A DNA stretch of 64,000 nucleotides from Chrysomallon squamiferum (lineage: Eukaryota; Animalia; Mollusca). A program made the position numbers and the translations under genes. The stretch lies in assembly GCA_012295275.1 (NCBI GenBank), contig CM022669.1:620001-684000 (forward strand), written 5' to 3'. Below are positions 42,366 through 55,610 of the stretch, piece by piece. How positions within the stretch are numbered: position 1 is the stretch's first letter; every line of letters starts with the position of its first letter. The notes beneath the pieces were generated by a model. That model was not told the origin of the DNA, did not search any database, and saw only the letters and a list, made by a program, of their open reading frames with translations.

Positions 42366-42786
42366 TTCTTTGTTTCCATCTCTCTGCCTGCAAGAATGAA
42401 TGGGTGCATGTTTTGATAAATTATAAATTATGTAAGGATAAGCAATTTTCTTTTCAATGGTCTCCACCAAATATATATATATAAATAAAAATAATTTTAA
42501 GAAACTGGAAATTAACAAGCTTCTGCTTCATGTCCTATTTTTGTTACAACTACTGATACGGTTCCAAACTACTGGCGTTTATTTCCTTCATGAATAAACA
42601 AAGCGATATTCACGTGAAAATATGATAAATAATAATTAACATTTATTTATCTTCATCTCTGAAGGGACAACACACATTTACAGAAAACAATTCACAATAT
42701 AATCCACTGTTTTAATCATAGTGCATTTCTGAGCCCCCCTCTCTCTTATTCATTATGTCTCTTTCTCACTCTTTATCTCCCTCTCT

Positions 42787-42843
<57 letters not shown>

Positions 42844-42975
42844 TTTTGAATTCAACAATTAAAATAATCGTTTAGAAGTTTTATGTTTCCGGTGAGAGGA
42901 TAAACTATTTTTACATTTCATTAATTACATGCAGATAATTTCCTGTTAGAAAAAATAATAACAAATGATATACGT

Positions 42976-43077
<102 letters not shown>

Positions 43078-43509
43078 ATATAGGTATTTAACAAATTGTT
43101 TAGTTATAAAACTTAGATATTGTTTATGTGGAGAATTAACAAGATGAAGTATTTCAGCACATTAGTCTATCACAGAAACTGGAAGATGGTAGAGACCTCA
43201 TCCAATTTTGTTTGAAAAACGTAAATTCCAGATTTGTAAAATAATTAAACATGAATGTGTATTCACTTCTCAGACACTGCTATGTTCCTAAATATCATTT
43301 TAGTATGTGTACGTTGTTAAACAGTAGAAATCGAAATTTAGTAGAAAAGTTTGTTATAAAGTATTTGAACAAAGAAACATTATTTTATTTAACTAACCTT
43401 CTCCATTAACAATAAAAGCCAGTGTTATTAAATATGTTACTAATCAAGATACTGGGTAGAGATGATGTTAGATTAGAATATAATAAATTTTTCTCTGTGT
43501 AGTTTGTAT

Positions 43510-43568
<59 letters not shown>

Positions 43569-44436
43569 AGTGTTAATGAATTGTATTATGTACGTATGAG
43601 TGCCCAAGGCTGTACTGCCTGTAGCAAATAAAGGTCTGTATCTGTAATTATAAAAAATGAACAGGGTTTAATACAAACAACATGTTACAGACTTTTACAA
43701 GATAATGTATTCAACGAGTTGTTCAAAGGACTCGGGCAGATATTTGTAAACTTGGGTAATACTTCTTTCAGAGGAGAGTAAAGAGTTCGTCATAAAGACT
43801 ATTCAGACTACGTTCAGCTTCAAGCTGTCGCATTCTCCACACCTACTATGTCATCGAGATCTCTATCGAGCAACAACCGCTCCGCATCGCGTCAATCTAT
43901 ACATCACGTGACAGCGTGTCCACCAATCAACGGGCAGCGCCGGAGTAATTTATTACAGGCAACTTGCTGATATCGACACATAATTCCCTTTGATCTAGCC
44001 GCGCAGGCAAAGCGTCCTGTGCACAAACTTAGCCAGTGAATGCTGAAAATAAATTAACAGCTTTTCATGATAGCAAAAGCGTTCACCTAATTTTTTTTTT
44101 TTTTGTTTCCTTGTATAATCAGTACATGAAATGATATTCATGGAAAAGTGAAAAAACATCTGTAAATACACAAAGTGTTGCAGTGTCCTGCACGCGAGCG
44201 CGCACGCGCGTTTGTGTGTGTGTGTGTGAATAACTCGTTTGTTAAAAAAGCTCTTGTATAAAGATATTTAGAAAATGTTCAACAGAAAGTCCATATATGC
44301 ATTATTTATTTATTTGTTATTTATTTATTCAATTATTTGTTTGTTTGTTTGTGTTTGTTTGTTTATTTGTTTATTTATTTATATATTATTAAAAATAATC
44401 TCTATTATGATTATGAGAGAGAGTTAATACAGTCAG

Positions 44437-44588
<152 letters not shown>

Positions 44589-45635
44589 ATTTACCCTATA
44601 TTATTGAAAACAACATGATCTTTCAGGTATCAGATTAATATATACTGAACACAAAAACAAACCAAAGCATTGAAATTAATCATTAAAATAAATCTGAATA
44701 CTTCAGTTCTCATAGTAGCAGTAGTTGTAACAGAAGTAGTAATAGTAGCAGTTACAGTTTTGTCGCTGTTGTTGCTGCTACTGTTGTTATTATTATTAAA
44801 GTTATTCAAAAATAGATTAGTAATGACTTAAAGAACAAACTATAAACAAAACTTAACACAATATAATTATTCTTTCTAACTAACACGTTGGTTTTCGTGG
44901 GAATATTCTGGTGAAATCACATTTACCCGCAAGGACCGCTGTCAGTAACGTCTACAGTATAAATCAGAAAACTGAAAAATGTGTTTTAGTGTCTGAAGAG
45001 TTCACTTACACATGTTAATAAAAAAAATGTATATATGAAATATGTAGAAGGGATCGTTTAAATTCACATTTCTTTACATTATCAGTTTTTTATCTTGTTA
45101 ACCAGAGACTGCTACGGAAACGGAGGGAAAAAAGTACAATTTGAATGGCGGCCTTTGCCACAGCACATAAATATTAAAATTAACTAGCCCTGTAATCAGA
45201 AATAATAACACATCTACGTATTACAACAGTTACAATGGCAGGTTTAAAATTAAGGATTAGAAATTGCGTTTTCGGGTTTTGTTTCGTCACTCTTCCACCC
45301 ACCAGAACGCGAGGAGCACTTTAAAAGAGTTAGAGAGAGAAAAGAACTCCACCCTCAGCCCACGTTCCACTCGTAACGTGATCCACACCCCTTCACCCAC
45401 CCCGCCTGTGTCTTTTGTAAGTGTAACTCATCTCTTCTCAGCACGACGTGATGGCGAGATTCTCCACGTAACCGCCGATATTAGTCACATTTCAGACCTT
45501 TGTGTCGTGCAAGATGTCGCAAATACATCAAAAGAAAGACTAAAGGCTCGTTTATACAATATCATTTGTTAACACCGTTTATAATTATATATTGATGATA
45601 TTTGAATGTGAGAACGTTTGACATATGCTGTTCGT

Positions 45636-45680
<45 letters not shown>

Positions 45681-46314
45681 ACCTACTACTAATAGCAGCA
45701 CTGCAATTATTATTGTTACTGCTGTTGTTGTTGTTGTTTGTTTTGTTTGTTACTCGACCCCCTCACTGTTGTAACACAAGAATTAATTACATAATTTTTA
45801 ATACATCAATTAATAACATTTCATTTTTCTCCTTCGTTGTTCAAGCGACAACGACTTGCTACTAATGCCGTATTTGTCTACCATGTGACAATTACAAATC
45901 GTTTCACGCCATTGTGTGGTGTGAAGGACGCTTAAGCAAAGGCAGATCGCGTGCCGACTCGGGTAAGAGGATATTTCACAGGTGTTTGTCCGGCATATCC
46001 CACTTTCCACTCAGATATTGACTTTGAATCATTTATTATTTCAATAATGAGTTTTTATTAGTTTCTAATGAACATACATACTAAGAACGTGTTTTGTGTT
46101 AATATTACGTATTTAATTTTTATCTTACTTATTGTCGTTTAAGTTTCATCTCGTTCCGTTTGTTATGTGTTATTTTAGTGTTATTTTAGTATGGCAGTTG
46201 TTAATTCTAATGTGTTAATATCACTATGCTAAATTTTAATTTTAATCTAACTATACTAAGTTTTAATGTTTAATCTCACTTTACTAAATTTTAATGTTAA
46301 TTTCGCTAAACTGT

Positions 46315-46722
46315 TTTAATATGTTGATCTCACTACATCTAGTTTTAATATGTTGATCTCACTACATCTAGTTTTAATATGTTGATCTCACTACATCTAG
46401 TTTTAATATGTTGATCTCACTACATCTAGTTTGATATGTTGATCTCACTACATCTAGTTTTAATATGTTGATCTCACTACATCTAGTTTTAATATGTTGA
46501 TCTCACTTCATCTAGTTTTAATATGTTGATCTCACTACATCTAGTTTTAATATGTTGATCTCACTACATCTAGTTTTAATATGCTAATCTCACTACATCT
46601 AGTTTTAATATGTTGATCTCACTACATCTAGTTTTAATATGCTAATCTCACTACATCTAGTTTTAATATGTTAATCTCACTATATCTCGTTTTAATATGC
46701 TAATCTCACTACATCTAGTTTG
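46315..46722. repeat. 29-bp minisatellite
   Basis: ATGTTGATCTCACTACATCTAGTTTTAAT, about 14 near-identical copies. Confidence 0.93.
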
Positions 46723-47593
46723 ATCTTACGTTATTGCATTTAAATATGGACTGAAATAAAACGTTAAGATGAATTTGAGTTGTCATTTTAAAATTTGATT
46801 GTTCCTTCCTTGTATGTCTCTTTTTAATTTTTATATTATATTTTTTATTTTTTAATTTTTTATTTCATATTTTATATTTTATATTTTATATTTTATTTTA
46901 TATTTTATTTTTTATTTTATTTTTTATTTTTTATTTTTTATTTTTTTTTTATTTTTTTTTTTTGTTTGCTCGTTTCACGGATTCCTGGTTCTTCAGAACT
47001 GGGAGATGTTTCTTTGATTTATTTATGTTTTCTTACCTCAGTTTTAATTACTTCTGTCATTAACTAGTAATAAAAGAAAACAACTTCTCAAACTGCGAAA
47101 GGTTAATTGTGTGTGTATGTCTGTTAGTATGTATGTGTATCTATTTCTGTGTATATCTCTGAACATAAAAAAATCTGTTACTCATCGTGTGTGTAAATTG
47201 GATTACAATTATGTGTTTATAATTAAATATTTCTGTTTAATTTCATTTTATTATCGCATTATCGATCTCAGAAATAAAATAATTTCTTTTTCTTCTGTTT
47301 CTCCTTTCTGTAAATATCTGTCTGTCCCTCTCTCTGTCTGTCTGTTTATTTATCTATTATTTCTGTACGTAAATATGAACGTACATATTACCTAGCTATC
47401 TCTCTGACTGTCTGCTTCTCTACACATCTTTCTAAACTTAGTGTTCACCTAGCGTGGAGACTGGACGTTGATTTTCTTAAAGTCAACAGAACACTCAGGT
47501 GTTATCGATGTCAAGTTATATTTTGTGTAAATTTATTTTCAGACAGTTCTTCACAAACCTAACCTCATAATACCATTATTATTGTTGTTGTTG

Positions 47594-47664
<71 letters not shown>

Positions 47665-47763
47665 GGTTATTGTTGTTATTATTATTATTATTGGTTATTG
47701 TTGTTGTTGTTGTTATTATTATTATTATTGTTTATTGTTTATTGTTATTATTATTATCAGTTG

Positions 47764-47819
<56 letters not shown>

Positions 47820-48013
47820 TGTCTACACAACTGTTGTGAGAAGTTGTTTTGTTTCATGCCTTGCTGTTTATGAGAAGGTGTATAAAGAAAATCTGTCTAG
47901 CTAATAATGAAAATTACAAAGTATGTTTTAACTGAACACTATCAGTGTTTTTTCTGGAATTCCAAATAAAGAAAACGTTTTAAATAAAATAAAAATAAAA
48001 TAAATGAATAATA

Positions 48014-48077
<64 letters not shown>

Positions 48078-48676
48078 TAAAATAAAATAATAAATTAATA
48101 AAATAAAAAAAGATAAGATAAAATACAATAAATAAATAAATAAATAAATGAAAAACAAACAAACAAACAAACAAACAAATAAACAAACAAATAAATAAAT
48201 AAATAAACAAAAATTCCAGAGTTACTGTAAACATATGACATTTTCTAGCAAATGAACTTACACAAATAACCCCATTCTGAGCACTACTTTTAATTAATTT
48301 GTTTAGCGCTAATTAATCTGCTCTTACAGTAATTCTCTATTTAATCAGTGTTGTTTAAATCGAAGGCAGCATTAACCCAAACAAGGCCCTTTTAAGGCCT
48401 GCACTGGGTGAGATTTTTTCACAGGCCTACTGAGCCAGGCCTGCACTTCCTTTTTCTAATCCGAGGCCCGCAGATCGTTTCTTTCTGTACGCGATGTTGT
48501 TACTTAGTATCACTTGAACCATTTGTTGGTAATTATCACCATGACAACCCGTTATAACCCGCGTCCTCCTAATTGTATATGTTAAACAGTGCTTGGAAAA
48601 TGTCAATACTTTCTTCGTGTGTGCACTTTCTAAATAAATACATAAATAAGTAAATATACACGGCGAAATGGGATAG

Positions 48677-48715
<39 letters not shown>

Positions 48716-48759
48716 TTTTGTTCATTTAGATATTTACTTACTTACTAATTTATTTAAAC

Positions 48760-48814
<55 letters not shown>

Positions 48815-49234
48815 TCAGACTGAGTTATTTAATATTGATTTACTTCTTTATTTATTTATTATCTTAAGTAAATTACTTTTTCAAAAAATTAATTTCTTTT
48901 GCCTTTTTATTCTCTATTTCTCTAAAAAAAAAAAAGAAAAAAAAAAAAAAAGAAGAAGAACATGGAATTTGTTTAATAACACTAAATCTCTTTTTTTTTT
49001 TTTTATTTCAGCCTCATAATCACTCTGTTGTAACTTTAAATATAAATAACTACAATATGTATGCTAATGTGTAGCTACACATACATACACACATATATAC
49101 AACAAATATGAATAGATATTTATATCTAAAATTACAGTACAGTGATTATCGGATGAAATAAAAACTAGGATGGTCGGGTCACTAAACAGGAAACAAAAAA
49201 AAGAACAACAACAAAAAATATCTTTCTTTTTTGT

Positions 49235-49265
<31 letters not shown>

Positions 49266-49352
49266 TTATTATTATTATTATTCTAGTAGATGCTGTTTTA
49301 TGTTATTCAGTTGTTACAATTTATTTATATTTATAGCTTTTTCAAATTATAC

Positions 49353-49384
<32 letters not shown>

Positions 49385-49574
49385 AACGTGCTTGTGTACT
49401 TAATCTCACATAAATGGCCTGCTACAGGGAATTATCTGTACATCAAAAGCTATAATACTTCACATTTATCTTCATTAATTTTCAAATTAGTGTATGTTAT
49501 GTGTTTTTCACTTATTATTTTTATTATCATTGTCATTATTATCATCATCATTATTGTTGTTGTTGCGGTTGTTG

Positions 49575-49637
<63 letters not shown>

Positions 49638-49929
49638 GTGTGTGTGTGTGTGTATATATATATACAAATTTATTTTTTAGCTGACTCTTTCGTGTTTTTC
49701 TCTCTGCATATTTTAACATTGGCTGTGATAACTGAAATGTTGTATTGAAATGTTACAGGAATTTTCTAAAATTATGTTTCACAGCGGGAAAAATAGATTA
49801 GAACGTTCAAGTTAGATAGCATCTCCCCCCTGACTAGACAACCCCCACCTTCTCATACTTCTACTCAAGAAAATGTACGAAAATAAATATAGACACAGGC
49901 TAAATAATATAACTCTCACATGAAAAAAC

Positions 49930-50398
49930 TGATATTATAATTATAATTATAATTATTATTATTATTACTGTTGTTGTAGTTGTTGTTGCCATTGTTAATA
50001 TTATTAATATTATTTTTGATATTGTTGTCATTAACATTATTATTATTGTTATTATTACTGTTATTATTATTACTACTACTATCATTAGTGTTATTATTAT
50101 TATTATTGTTGTTGTTGTTGTTGTCGTTGTGCCATTGTTATTATCATTAATATCATTTTTGTTATTGCTGTCATTATCATTATTATTATTGTTATTATTA
50201 TTGTTATTATTTCTATTATTGTTATTATTATTATTATTCTTATTATTATTCTTTGATAAATAGAGAAATATCGTATTAAATAAAATAAAATTATATATAT
50301 ATAAATTCACACACACACCCATATTTATATATTATTATTTATTTATTCATTATTATTATTACTACTACTGCTACTACTACTACTACTACTACTACTAC

Positions 50399-50429
<31 letters not shown>

Positions 50430-51080
50430 TCATTTATTGTTATTATTATTACTTTTATTATTATTTCATTAGTGTTATTATTATTATTATCATTATTACT
50501 ATCGTTAGTGTTATGATCAGTATTATTATCACTATTTTTTTATTATTATTATTATTGTTACTATTTTTGTTATTATTATTATTATTATTACTATTTTTGT
50601 TATTATTATTATTATCATTACTATTTTTGTTATTATTTTTATAACTATTATTATTATTATTATTACTATTTTTGTTATTATTATTATCATTATTACTATT
50701 TTTGTTGTTATTATTATTATTATTACTATTTTTGTTATTATTATTACTATTTTTGATGTTATTATTATTATTACTATTTTTCTTATTATTATTACTATTT
50801 TTTGTTCTTGTTATTATTATTATTACTATTTTTGTTATTATTATTATTACTTTTTTTGTTATTATTATTATCATTATTACTATTTTTGTTATTATTATTA
50901 TTATTACTATTTTTGTTATTATTATTATTACTACTATTTTTGTTCTTGTTATTATTATCATTATTACTATTTTTGTTATTATTATTATTATTACTATTTT
51001 TGTTCTTATTATTATTACTACTATTTTTGTTCTTGTTATTATTATTATTACTATTTTTGTTATTATTACTACTACTATTA
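49930..51080. repeat. Extended (TTA)n-derived low-complexity block with a higher-order unit CTATTTTTG(TTA)n
   Basis: About 1.1 kb of trinucleotide repeats, with ACTATTTTTGTT recurring every 21-33 bp from about 50530. Confidence 0.85.
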
Positions 51081-51318
51081 AAGATGATTAAGACACACAC
51101 AGTTGGAGAGTGTGTGGTTGTTTGAAATGTGTGTTACAATGTCGGTGTTGTTGAGGACGCTGAAGGAGATAAAAGATGAAAGCTGTGATGGTTTAAACAT
51201 AGGATATCCTGAGTGTGACAACATCACTTAGCTCTGAAAATACACTGTGCTCCATTATTTGTGTGTGTCCATGTGTGTATAAATATGTAGATGTATGTGT
51301 ACGTTTATATATCTGTAA

Positions 51319-51366
<48 letters not shown>

Positions 51367-51869
51367 TTGTGTGTGTGTGTATATCTAAATGTGTATTTAT
51401 GTATGTGTGTATATCTAATTATGTATGTATATATATATATATATAAATATATTTGAATATATATGTATGTGATTTCTTTTGTGTGTGTTTTGTACATGTA
51501 AGTGTATGTGTTTGTGTGTGTATGTGTGTGCATGTCTTTGTACATGTCTGTGTATGTGTATGAGTATTTTTCTAACATTCTATTAGAGGTTTATGTACAT
51601 AAGATAATAATGGTATGTTATCAACAATTTGTAAAATAATAACAAAGAAAAAGTAAAAATAACTACAAATATATTCAGTAAATATTTTATTTATGCATTC
51701 AGATCAAATATTAAATATTCTTTCAAAAGAAACATCTAAATATAAACTAGACAATACATCTAAACATAACATTTTACCTTATTTTTGCTGCAGTAGAAAA
51801 TCACGTTTACGGATGTCTTAATCACGTGACCGGAAGTTGCCTCTCGCCTTAAGTTGAACATAGCTACCA

Positions 51870-51941
51870 TTTTTGCCTTTGGTAACCTAGCTTTATGATA
51901 TTTCGAAAACAATCATACAGCTAGATAACCAAAGACAAAAA
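51870..51941 (-). ncRNA. mir-9: microRNA precursor mir-9 (5p = miR-9; 3p = miR-79/miR-9-3p)
   Basis: Minus 51935-51913 reads TCTTTGGTTATCTAGCTGTATGA, identical to canonical miR-9-5p. Minus 51896-51875 reads ATAAAGCTAGGTTACCAAAGGC, the invertebrate miR-79/miR-9-3p type. The arms base-pair around a 16-nt spacer, and a CNNC motif (CAAC, 51856-51853) lies about 17 nt after the predicted 3p end. Confidence 0.97.
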
Positions 51942-52063
51942 CGGGGCCAGCATGCAGCTGTCATCATCTGAATGATTCCGCCACAACAAGAAGTAATCAT
52001 CACAAAACATTCAACATTTCTAATTTTCTCTTTCAATTTTTTTTTCTTAAATTCTTATTAAAT

Positions 52064-52111
<48 letters not shown>

Positions 52112-52253
52112 TTTTTTGTAGGATTTTGGGAAAAGTTAATTTCGTTGATATTTAAATATAATAACTAATCATTTCACAGACAATATATATTAATGGTTTC
52201 ACTGCAAATACAATTTAATTCATTAATATGAAATATTAAAATAAGATTTCAAA

Positions 52254-52332
<79 letters not shown>

Positions 52333-52373
52333 ACAAACAAACAAACAAACAAACAAACAAACAAACAAACAAA

Positions 52374-52424
<51 letters not shown>

Positions 52425-54684
52425 AATTTCAAAATGTTTTTCTTTTCTTTTAGATATAATTATCTATTAGTCAAATACTACAAACGGTTTTATACAGTTC
52501 ATTACTTACCAGGTATTACTGCAATAGAAAAAAAATATATACAATACATTTTACAGATCTCTCCAAACAGTTTTATTCTGGAAACTTACCTATTAACAGC
52601 AGATTAAAAAAAAAAGTATCCAGAAAGCTGTGTCAGAGAGTGCTCTGATAATTATTATTGATTCCAAGATTCCCGCGAACGACCGCAATGTCTGTATGGC
52701 ATTCATCTTTTTTTCTTTTTTTTTTCTTTTTTTTTTTTTTTTTTTTTTATGATTTTATGAGCGGAGAAGATTATTAGTTTAAATGGTTTCTTCTTTGCAT
52801 TTTTTTTTCTCTTTTCTTTTTTCCCCCCGAATTTACTGTTGTTTGTTTTTCTTCTTGTTTAAACTAGAAGTAAATCCAGACAGCTCTGCTCACGTCGTCA
52901 GATGAAATACTGCTTAACTATCGCGTTAATAATACTTGGGATGTTGTTCTTGTTGTCATGGTGATCGTTATGCACGGGTTGCCTCTTGGGTCTCTATCTC
53001 CATTTTCTGTTTTATATTCCCATCTTCTAATTAGTTGTTGTTCGTGTATGATTTTAAAAACTGACATCTCCGCTGATGTCGTCTGCTTTCGCCGGACGTC
53101 CCGCCACCGAGCTGTCTGCATCCTCGCTCGCCAGGACGGCGTGTCGCGGATGAATACGACAACGTGGAGCACAAACCTGCCGCCAAACTCGAACAGAAAA
53201 AGCCACAGGGCGTCATTTTCCTGCAAAGTGGAAAGAAAAGAAGTTATGAAAAATAAATGCTCCAAGCACTGCTCAAAACACGTTTCATCTTGATCAACCT
53301 CATCAAAGAGAAGGCGGCCATGTTTTATTCATCGCTTTATTTTAAGTATGATTCGGCACGGGATAACGATTCAACGTTCCGCTTGAAAACACAGCGAACT
53401 GCGCTGTAAACTCCGCGTTCAGTTTTCCACCATCGCAGCGAAGGTGAATAACTTCATAGAAAAATACCTGACATTCGTTTTGTTGTAGCACACAGGGCGT
53501 ACCATACCGGTATTTTATATATCACACACGAAATGTATCCTAACTTTCAGTACAGCATTTATACAAAATAGTATTTTACAAGAATAGATGTGTATGTATA
53601 TAATATAAAATTAATAATCACACATACAGACACCCCAACACTTCCACACACACACACACACCCACACACACACACCCACATTATTAAAATATACACACAG
53701 TGAAACGACCAGTGTAAAATTATTTGTAATGTAAGTTCTACTACAAAATTGTTGCAGTCTATAGCTATACTTTACACCTATTATTTTCATTCTTTGTATG
53801 AATTTAATCATTTCTTTAACACTAACATCATCATATCATTACAATTACTGATAATTACATAAACATATAAGGGTTATTAACAGTAACATCATCACATAAT
53901 TAACAGTAACATCATCACATAATTAACAGTAACATGTTCATATCACCACTGTCTTGTACCTAACACCAGTGCAATATTTAAAACGAGACGAAACTAAATA
54001 CACTTTTAAACACAGCGACAAAACGAATATCACATTTTTTTTTTATCCCCTTTACCTGAATCTCTCTTTTGATATCTTGCTGACAGACAAACACTGAACA
54101 GACGCAGAGACGGTCCCGAGGTGCGAATACTGATCATAACAAACATCCATATGCTACAAACACTGAGAGTATCTGGTGACGTCTTTCCCGCTCTCTCTCT
54201 CACAATCTGCCAATATGTCCGCATGGCGGATCGGTGTGTGAGTAATGACCCCGATATTAAACAAGGCATGCATCAGTGAGCAAGTATTTTAGTTTCTCAA
54301 CACACATAAACGTTTGCCTTTTAGCACACATCCATATTCACGCATGCGCGTTCTTTCTACTCGCCATTTCTGTCAGTAGCGAAGCCATCCAACGCATTTT
54401 TATTTTTATTTTTATTTTTGTTTACTTATTTATCTTTCTTTTTTCTTTCTTCTTTTTTTCTTCTTCTTTTTAAATTTTTTTATTTAAAGTACTATGGACA
54501 GAGTTCCACATAAAAAAAAAAAAAAAACGTTGAGTTTAAAGTTAAGTAGTTTTGCACACTCAAGAAAGATAAGTTTTCAATATTGAAATATTTTCTGCAT
54601 CATATCTGTTTTTAAACTTAACTTTTTTTTCGCTTTCATTTTTTTTTTTTTTTTTTTTTAATTTTTGCGTAGGCGAAAGAAAAG

Positions 54685-54726
<42 letters not shown>

Positions 54727-55204
54727 TTTCCGTGCATGGATGAGATGAGATCGAGACAGGGTAAGGCCTAATCTCCGGCCAATAAAAAGCTTCCTTCTAG
54801 AAGTGAATATTAGCGACTGGTAGTTCACACACACTCAGTGCAGTGACGCGAAAACTCGTTTCTCTTCCCAGATTTAAACTCAGGCGTCCCGCTTTCATAC
54901 CCGGGCATTCGTATTTCATTTGATACACCCAATTTAGCTCTCTTTTACAGTTTTCTTTTCCGCTTAATTTCTTTCTTTTTTACTTCTTTCTTCTTCTTTC
55001 TAATCTTTTTAAAACATTATTTATTTATTTATTGATGTCGTTATTGTTGTGGTAGTTGTTGTTGTTGTTGTTGTTGTTGTTGTTATTATTATTATTACTG
55101 TTTTTGTTGTTCTTGTTGTTGCTGTACAGCAGTTAATATATTTCAGTTTTCTCATTTCGGATATGTGGATATTTTCATAAATCTCCCAATTTAATCATTA
55201 AACC

Positions 55205-55263
<59 letters not shown>

Positions 55264-55324
55264 GAAATATATTAATAATAACAACAACAACAACAACATA
55301 AATATAAATAATTAAAAATATATA

Positions 55325-55610
55325 ATAGTAATAACACTATTCATAATAACAGTATATATTTAAGTAAAAAATAGCAAAAACAGTAACAATAATAATAATA
55401 ACAGTACATATTTAAACAAAAAATAGTAATAACACTATTAATAATAACAGTGTATATTTAAATAAAAAATAGTAATAACACTAATAATAATAACAGTATA
55501 TATTTAAATAAAAAACCAGTAATAACACTAATAATAACAGTATATATTTAAATAAAAAAACAGTAATAACACTAATAATAATAACAGTATATATTTAAAT
55601 AAAAAACAGC
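55325..55610. repeat. AT-rich minisatellite, unit about 42-45 bp
   Basis: AATAACAGTATATATTTAAATAAAAAA(C)AGTAATAACACTAAT, about 6 copies. Confidence 0.8.

Noticed and set aside
46315-46722. Regular 29-bp (and 40-/44-bp) arrays as possible CRISPR arrays
   Set aside because: The units are directly adjacent with no unique spacers, the context is eukaryotic, and there are no cas genes.
49711-49730. TATCACAGCC on the minus strand, matching the miR-2 family 5' end
   Set aside because: Only 10 nt match, the 3' part diverges, and I found no complementary star arm.
52918-53293. Overlapping 111-115-aa ORFs on both strands
   Set aside because: No recognisable domain or exon chain. They are explained by a GC-rich island upstream of mir-9.
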